From Chrysomallon squamiferum (Eukaryota; Animalia; Mollusca): DNA of 64,000 bases. Shown in pieces: positions 56,290-64,000 of the stretch. Location: the NCBI GenBank assembly GCA_012295275.1, contig CM022679.1, positions 13,516,001 to 13,580,000 on the forward strand, in the 5' to 3' direction. Below the pieces are notes generated by a model. That model was not told where the DNA came from, made no database searches, and worked only from the letters and a program-made list of their open reading frames with translations. The translations under genes were made by a program, and so were the position numbers. The first letter of the stretch is position 1. Each line of letters starts with the position of its first letter.

Positions 56290-59200
56290 AATATATATAT
56301 TTTTATTTCGCTTTTACAAATTCCGTTCATAAAATAAAATATATACGGTTTCAGTTCAGTAGGATGATCAGATCCTGTTGGAATATGTTTGTTCTTATCA
56401 TCTATGATAATCGCTATGTCATCATCATTAACAGCAATTGTCTCATCAGCAGTGTTTCTGTTTCTGTTTCTGGAATTCTGACCAACAGAATGCTCTTGAC
56501 GTATTTCACTTATAACCTGATTCAACACACTTCCAGAACTTTTTTTGTAGAGAAGTTTCTTAGTATCGACATCCTCTCCTTCTTCTTCGTCACTGCTGCA
56601 GTGGATATTCCCCTTGGGAACTGCCTGACACAAAGTTGTTGTATCTGTGTCCCCAGCTCCATCTCCTGCCTCAGTGGCTGATTCAGCAAACCCTAAAAAA
56701 ATTAAAAATAAATATACTCATATCTTTTATTAGTCACTTAACATAACTCCAGAATGTTCTTGTCCTATTTCATTTATTACCTGATTCAACGCATTTCCAG
56801 AACTTCTTCTGTAGAGATGTCTATTAGCATCAACATCCTCTCCTTCTTTTTCATCACTGCTGCAGTGGATGTTCCCGTTGGGAACTGCCTGACACAAAGT
56901 TGTTGTATCTGTGTCCCCAGCTCCATCTCCTGCCTCTGTCTGAGATTCAGCACACACGTTCTGCAACACCATCTTGTTCTCTAGAAAAATAAAACTTAAT
57001 ACAGTCATATCTTTTATTAGTCACTTAATATAACTCTAAGAGAGAAAAAAATAAAAAATAAAAAAATAAAAGCAAGAAAATGAAATAAACGTTGTTAAAA
57101 ATATAAAAATATACCACTCAGAAATTACTGTTTCATTGTACAACTCATACAAATCATATTTCATCTACAAATTTTAGGTAGCATTAATATCATTGTCATT
57201 ATTACTCTCAAATTCTTGTAATAGCATAAGTCAGAAATTGGTATGAACTGAACAAAATATTAATATGAACATCAACACAGCAAGACATTAAAGAAAATAT
57301 TTTACACAAATTAATTCTGTTGTTGTTCAAATTAACCTTAAAATAGGCTTCTACTTTGACAATAACACATTCACTGTATCTCTTAATTTATAGGGGTTTT
57401 TTTCTTCTTTTTTTTTTAATTAACTAAACGACACAGCAAGTCATTAAAGAAAACATTTTATACAAAGAAATTTTGTTTGATCAAATTAACAATAATGATC
57501 TTCAATTTGACCTTAATGTAGACCTCTACTTTGACAGTATGAACAAATGGTAAAAATGCATTCACTATATCACCTAATTAATGTTCTTTTTTTTATTTTA
57601 TTTTTTTAAAATACGTGACAACTAATCTTTGCTAATGATAAAGTATGTCAGTAAAAACGTACTATCACGAAACTGGATCAGTAATGTAATTTCACGCCTT
57701 TATTTGCATCAGTGATGACGACATCATTTTGTTTGTTGAGGACTGATTTGTTATAGGTTGTCAGAAAAAGACTTGTCTATATCCAAATTAGCATGGATTC
57801 ATAATTTAAAGGTTATTTGTATGGAGAAGACCAATATGATTCAGTAATTATTATTTCCTGCATTTATAATATATGTACGTGTGTGAATGTGTGTGTGTGT
57901 ATATATATATATGTGCGAGTGAGTAAGTCCGTGGATGAGTTAGAGAGTGATGTATGCATGAGTAAGGGAGTGAAAAAAGTCAACATTAATAGGATCAAGC
58001 TATTCTCAAGGATGCTTGTCACATCACACAGTGACAGACTTTGGAAAGTATTAAAAAAGCAGAAACATTCATTAAATACATTTAAATACAAATTATGAGT
58101 AATGGGAAATCATACACCAGACTCAGACATTTGGGAAATCTTACAAATTGATAAAAACATTTTCATAACAGTCGCTTTGACTTACGAGTTTAATTCGTTC
58201 CGAGACAGAGTTTGTAACTCAATTTGCTCATGTATCAAATCAATTTTCCCAACTGAAATTAATTGAAATACCATTAATCCGTTCTAAATCCCACCAGAAC
58301 CACCCCATTTGTTTGTTTTGTTTTCTTTGTTTGTTTTTATATTTTTGTAACTTGTTTTTAAATAAGAAAAATGTATTTATAAATAACAAATACTGTATAA
58401 AAACAAAATAAAAGAGAATGTAACGAAAGAAACTAGTTTTGTAAAGTGTATTTATCTTGGAGATCAGACAAATTATTTTAAAGCCTTTGGCTGGAGTAAC
58501 AGTCTTTATCGACTCCTTCAGCTTCAGTATGAAGACATATCTAGAAGTACAGTATTCCCTCGCTATTCGCGGGGGTTACGTTCTTTACCCCCCCGCGAAT
58601 AGCGAAAAACCGCGAATATTGGATGCAGTTTTAAAACGTCTATTATGAGATTATATACGGTACTAAATGCTTCCCAAACACTTTCTAAAGACACTCTTAC
58701 TCATTAATACAGTAATAATGTAGTAATATTGCATGCAGTTATGTATTTCACTAATGTAGTAATGATAATGTAAACACATTTTAATTTTGTACTGAAACAA
58801 TATTTTAATCAGAAAGAAACGTAAGTGCAGGAGGACAGTAACACCGCATAGCATAGTTACCCATACAGTATTACTGTACCGTAAAGTCATTTTCTATGCG
58901 TACAACATATGTATTAGAATTGACAGAAAGTGGAACAAATTTAAAGGCAAACAGACAGATAAATACAGTACGCACAGTTCAGGTAATAATAATACAATTC
59001 AGTAATAATATGCAATTAAAACCATTATTAATACACGGTCACAAAAAATATGCACTGTACATACAGTGTATGCATTTATAAAAAAATACGTACTGTATTG
59101 CAATAATAATTGAAAAAATTTGATATTGTTTGTGCTGTCACCAATAATGAATGATAATAAAATGATGATGAAATTTGCAGTGCCATACGATGATGATGAT

Positions 59201-59944
59201 AACACTAATGTACAGTATGGCACAGCTTAGCTGCTGCTTTACAGCACTTTAGGTAATTATTCCTACTCTTCAGGCACTTAAGTCTCTATGACCTACAAAA
59301 ACCCGGTTTACCGAGCATTTGTTTTTATGACGTTATGACGCTAGCCTGGTATACCAGCATACGATGCGATAGGGCTAAGAGTCTAACCCGCGAATATGCG
59401 GGGCCGCGAATGGGGAACCGCGAATAGGTGAGGGTATACTGTACTACGCTCGTACTGCCTAGCCATGTCGACTACATGCACACACCTTTCTCATGGTTTT
59501 CTATGAATTCAAGCTTTAATTCAATGGACATCATCACCTTCTTCTTCTCAGCAATGTCCTTTGCATTTTGCACTCACTGTCTTAGGATCGATGGTCAGAA
59601 AAAAGAAATTTGACAAAATACTGCACAAAACCCGAGGACAACACCACAGAGATGCTTCCGCGGCGAGTAACCACGGGAAGTAAACGAGTGAGACGCGGGA
59701 TGCTGGCTGGGTGTTACATTGTTCGTTGCGCCAACTGTATTTTGACTGAATCTGAAATTAATCTGAACTGAAACATGTGCAGTGTTGTTTGTTTGTGTGT
59801 GTGTCTGTGTCTGTGTGTGGTGTGCATAAATCTGTGTGTGTGTGTGTGTGTGTGTGTGAGCGTGTTTTCAGAATTTGATAACTGTAAAAATAGCTGTATA
59901 ACTCACCTGCTGTTTTTCCTGTTTCAATTAGTTCTGTTTGTTCT
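56172..59944 (-). CDS. TNF receptor-like copy C, partial: end of the TM/juxtamembrane exon plus a tandemly duplicated tail exon
   Basis: 59944-59907 reads EQTELIETGKTAG|gtgag and abuts the gap. Tail exon C1 is 56980-56730 (ENKMVLQNVCAESQTEAG...EHSGVMLSD*). Tail exon C2 is 56692-56172 (GFAESATEAG...DHPTELKPYIF..., running into AT-rich DNA). Both acceptors are phase 1. The CRD exons are not in the window. Confidence 0.6.
58169..59737 (-). mobile_element. non-autonomous Tigger/pogo element carrying the transposase N-terminus (CENP-B-type HTH), inserted in the copy C intron
   Basis: The minus strand reads AKDIAEKKKVMMSIELKLEFIENHEKGV / VDMARQYERST [nested insertion] S..FILKLKESIKTVTPAKGFKII, typical of TIGD1-like transposases. 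Ends are CAGT...ACTG|TA. It is absent from the same intron in copies A and B. Confidence 0.8.
58550..59441. mobile_element. nested Tigger-type MITE (~890 bp) with TA target duplication
   Basis: TA|CAGTATTCCCTCGCTATTCGCGG ... CCGCGAATAGGTGAGGGTATACTG|TA, with subterminal CCGCGAAT repeats. It interrupts the outer transposase remnant at a TA. Confidence 0.85.
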
Positions 59945-60144
59945 NNNNNNNNNNNNNNNNNNNNNNNNNNNNNNNNNNNNNNNNNNNNNNNNNNNNNNNN
60001 NNNNNNNNNNNNNNNNNNNNNNNNNNNNNNNNNNNNNNNNNNNNNNNNNNNNNNNNNNNNNNNNNNNNNNNNNNNNNNNNNNNNNNNNNNNNNNNNNNNN
60101 NNNNNNNNNNNNNNNNNNNNNNNNNNNNNNNNNNNNNNNNNNNN
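59945..60144. other. assembly gap (200 N)
   Basis: Run of N. Confidence 0.99.
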
Positions 60145-60932
60145 TTGTATCAACTCTATTGCTGTATGAAATCGAGTGTCACCTGTAAATTATTAAAAAA
60201 TATTGTATAGAATTAATTACCTGCAGACTGTATGTATAATATGTCTACGAATTATGAACGTTGTGAGAATATCTAAGGTAAATAATGACATGGCAAAATA
60301 ACGTTTTGTATATTTTCGAAAGAACTTTAAAAAAATAGAAAAACTAAATAAAAGAAAAAGAAAAATACAAATACAAATACAAAAAAAAAAAAATAATAAT
60401 AAAACAGTAAATAAATAAATAAATTAAATAAACAATAATAAAATATGTAAATAAAAAATATCTTTTATAAATATAAATTATACTGAATATATTAAATAAA
60501 TAAATTGGTCGCTTATCTTGATCTTTAATAGTGTACTGATTCTTTGTAATCTCTTATTTCGTACAATTATGTATGGGGTCACCTCACTGTGCCCGAACCA
60601 ATTGTTATATATTACTGAGGCAGTCAAGGATAGCAAATGATAAAACAGTAGGGGATTACAGTATAGTTTATTTTCCAAAAGACCAACAGTGGATTAACAT
60701 TTTACAAAATGGGAGATAAAATCAGCATATTCTGTTGCAGATTAATGCCATGTGAAGAGGAACATTTGCTGTAGGCGTATGTCAGACTGCGGGCACAGTG
60801 AGGTTAAACCTCTAACAACACAAGTGTTAACTATTAAAGCGTATCTGTGGGTCTGATAACTGGTTTGATAAAATTCTTTATACTTAGATTAATGTTTTGA
60901 TAGGCGAACGGTCTTTCATACCAAAGTTTAAC

Positions 60933-60989
<57 letters not shown>

Positions 60990-61741
60990 TATAATAATTA
61001 TAATAGAAAAAAAAAAGAAAAAAAAAAAAGAAAGAAATGAAACTAATAATAATTATCCTTCGATCAACTTTTTACGATGTGAGAATAAGGAAACATTTGT
61101 CAGTGTCAGTCCTTGTTTGCGAATCAACCTGTAAGTTTATTATTAGTTCACCCAATGCTCCACTAGGTGCGTATCTAGAATTTGAAGGTGATATATGTAT
61201 CTTTGATATGAGATTTCTGGCAAATTTTTACTTCCCAGTTATGTTATTAAATATTTAGTAGGCATTACAAAAATAATCTTACTTTGAAGGATTGTTATAG
61301 AAATATTAATTTATTCAAAGCAAATAAAATTTGTATCACTAGATCTCTTATATTATTTTTTCCCCCACCATTTGTAAACATCCTTTACAAGAGCTTTGTA
61401 TATACCTACAGAAATTGATGAAACTGAACATATACTAAATGAGCGGATAACGGAGAACCTGTTTCAAGTTATTATTAACTTATTGTTTTGGGCAGATTAT
61501 AATTTCTATAAACTACATGTAAAGGAAATCATTAATTAATAAACTAAAAAGACAAAACAACAACAACAACAACAACAACAGAAGAATAAGAGTAATAATG
61601 TTTAAAATAAAAAATAAATAATGCAAGTGATGATGGTAGTAGCATCAGTAATAATAGTGGTAGTGGTAGTTATAGTAGTAGCAATAGTAGTAAGGAATTT
61701 CATCAACAAAACCTGAGAATTGTGAGCAAACAATTCAAATC

Positions 61742-61797
<56 letters not shown>

Positions 61798-61984
61798 AAA
61801 AGAAAACAACAACAACAGAAGAATAAGAGTAATAATATTTAAAATAAAAAATAAATAATGGAAATGATGATGGCAGTAACATCAGTAATAGTAGTGGTAG
61901 TGGTAGTGGTAGTAGTAGTAGCAACAGTAGTAATGAACTTCATCAACAAAAAATGAGAATTGTGAGCAAACAATTCAAATCTAT

Positions 61985-62016
<32 letters not shown>

Positions 62017-64000
62017 TTATCTATTTATCTATCTAACTATGAAAAAGCAGTATTGCATGTTATACAGGAAAATCGGTGATACTATAGTATGTCAACCCTC
62101 CCATAACTTTGTTAACGACATAACTATGTCTCTCCTCTAATTTCTATCCAGGCTCTATTTTAAAAACAGAAATGGAAAACCAAAATTTATGTATAGGACA
62201 GATTAATATATTCCGTTTTATAAACATATTTTTATTTTATTATTATTGTTACTATTGCAATATTTTATTTATTATATAATATTTTTAATTTAACAATTTT
62301 GACATAAAACCATCATTTGTTAACTTATGCTGATGTACTGAATATCTTACAAAGTAATATCTATATGCCATTATTTTATAATTAAAGCAAAAAAATTCAT
62401 TAATGGTTCGTAATGTTTCGTAATGTCTTTATTTTATGTACTTTGTGATTAACGCGACACGTGATTATTTTGTCTGAATAAATCTGAACACACGTCATTT
62501 TCCGCTTGAAACTTTGCCTCTACGTACTACTAAGTTATTCTGTGTTCAACTATACGATCGCGGCAGCCCCCTAAATTTTACAATTCACCCATAACTATAC
62601 CCAACGTAGTCTACATTTTTATTTTTATTTTATTTTATTTTATTTTATTTTTATTTTATTTTATTTATTTTTTTATATTAAATCATATGAAAATGTAGAT
62701 ATGTGTAATCAATGTTATCTGTATTTGCAGACGCAGTGACTGGCTTTTCTTTTCTTTCTCTTTCATTCTTTCTTTCTTTCTTTCTTATTTATTTATTTAT
62801 TAATTATTTTTTTATGTAACTTTTTGTAAATTTGTTTGGATGTTTATTATTATTACTGTTATTATTACAATATTTTATTTATTTACATTAATTTTTTTTA
62901 CCTAAAATCATCATTCACTTATGATCATGAACAGAATATCTTACAAAATAATATCTCTATGCCAGTATTTTATAATCAGTGAGAGAAGGTAAAAAAAAAA
63001 AAAATAATAATAAAAGAAAATAATGAATAAATAAAAATAAAAATAAAATGGTTTTTGAATGGTTCATAACGTCTTTATTTTATGTACTTTGTGATTATCT
63101 TGAAATACTTATAATATATATATAATTAAAAAAGTAAATAAAATATAGCAATAATAATAATAATAATTAACGTCTATTTAAAAAATAAAAAATAAAATAT
63201 TTATTATTTTTCTTTTTTATATATATATATCTATATATATAATTTCCGGTCTGGATTGATTTTTTTTTTTTTTTAAATCATAAGAAAATGTACATATGTG
63301 AAATCAATGTTATCTGTATTTGCAGACGCACTAACTGGCTTGGAAATTCCGAACTATTTATATCTCCTACGTGACAGATAAATCTGAACAAGCCGTAATT
63401 TCCGTCTCGAAACCTTGGCTCGACGTACACACTATTAAGTTATCCTGTTCAGGAAATATTCAAATATTCCTCGGAATACTCTTCAATTTAACTGATTCTT
63501 TCAGTCGAAAGTGAACATTAAAGAAAATCATTTCATAAAAGCAAATAAGTACACATCCAAGTAAGTCAAATTGCTTTTTTTTTTCGTGTGTGTGTGTCTT
63601 ACAAAACTTCCCGCTTGAAACCTTGCTTCTACGTACTATTAAGTTATTCTGTGTTCAACTATACGATCGCGGCAGCCCTCTCTCAATCCAATTTCCATCA
63701 AGGTAACAATAAATTTTACATACCTCATAACTATACCCAACGTAGTCTACATTTTTCTTCTGTTCCTTTTTCTTAACATATACCGTATGAAATTTCTTTA
63801 ATTTCTTTTTGTCTGTATAATGTTCTTATATTATTATATTTCCGTATTAAATAAATGTTATGTGTTCTTAAGTTTAATGTTTTGGTAAATTTGAGGGTTA
63901 ATATTTAGATTCGCGATTTCCCAGACTTTTGTATTAACTCTATTGCTCTATGAAATCGAGTGTCAACTGTAAATTATTAAAAATATTGTATAGAATTAAT
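60145..64000 (+). repeat. receptor upstream-repeat units in inverted orientation
   Basis: Reverse-complement copies of the MITE (60575-60810), the exon-1-like unit (~62505, ~63615-63702) and the kB/STAT/IRF block (63340-63570). Confidence 0.85.

Overview
AT-rich, microsatellite-laden, intron-containing animal DNA, probably a lophotrochozoan such as a mollusc (inferred from the gene types, not proven). The left end holds the last three exons of a small Cys-repeat protein gene (+) and the first coding exon of a prolyl 4-hydroxylase alpha subunit (+, 6709-6881). No further P4HA exon is visible. From ~5.96 kb onward the window is a tandem segmental array of three units. Each unit carries a minus-strand gene, or part of one, for a single cysteine-rich-domain TNF-receptor-like protein of the Grindelwald/TACI/BCMA type. 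Copy A (277 aa) has an 8-Cys CRD, no signal peptide in my model, and a long tail with TRAF2- and TRAF6-like motifs. Copy B (150 aa) has a 6-Cys CRD that has lost one Cys pair, stops right after the TM helix (decoy-like), and has a signal peptide apparently built from the antisense strand of a Mutator (MULE) transposase 3' end. Copy C is partial at an assembly gap and has two alternative tail exons lacking both TRAF-like motifs. About 20 kb between B and C is amplified promoter/first-exon-like and MULE-MITE repeats. Also present are nested Tigger elements, a tRNA-derived SINE, a putative solo LTR and a 200-N gap. All gene models are manual splice-site reconstructions with no transcript evidence.
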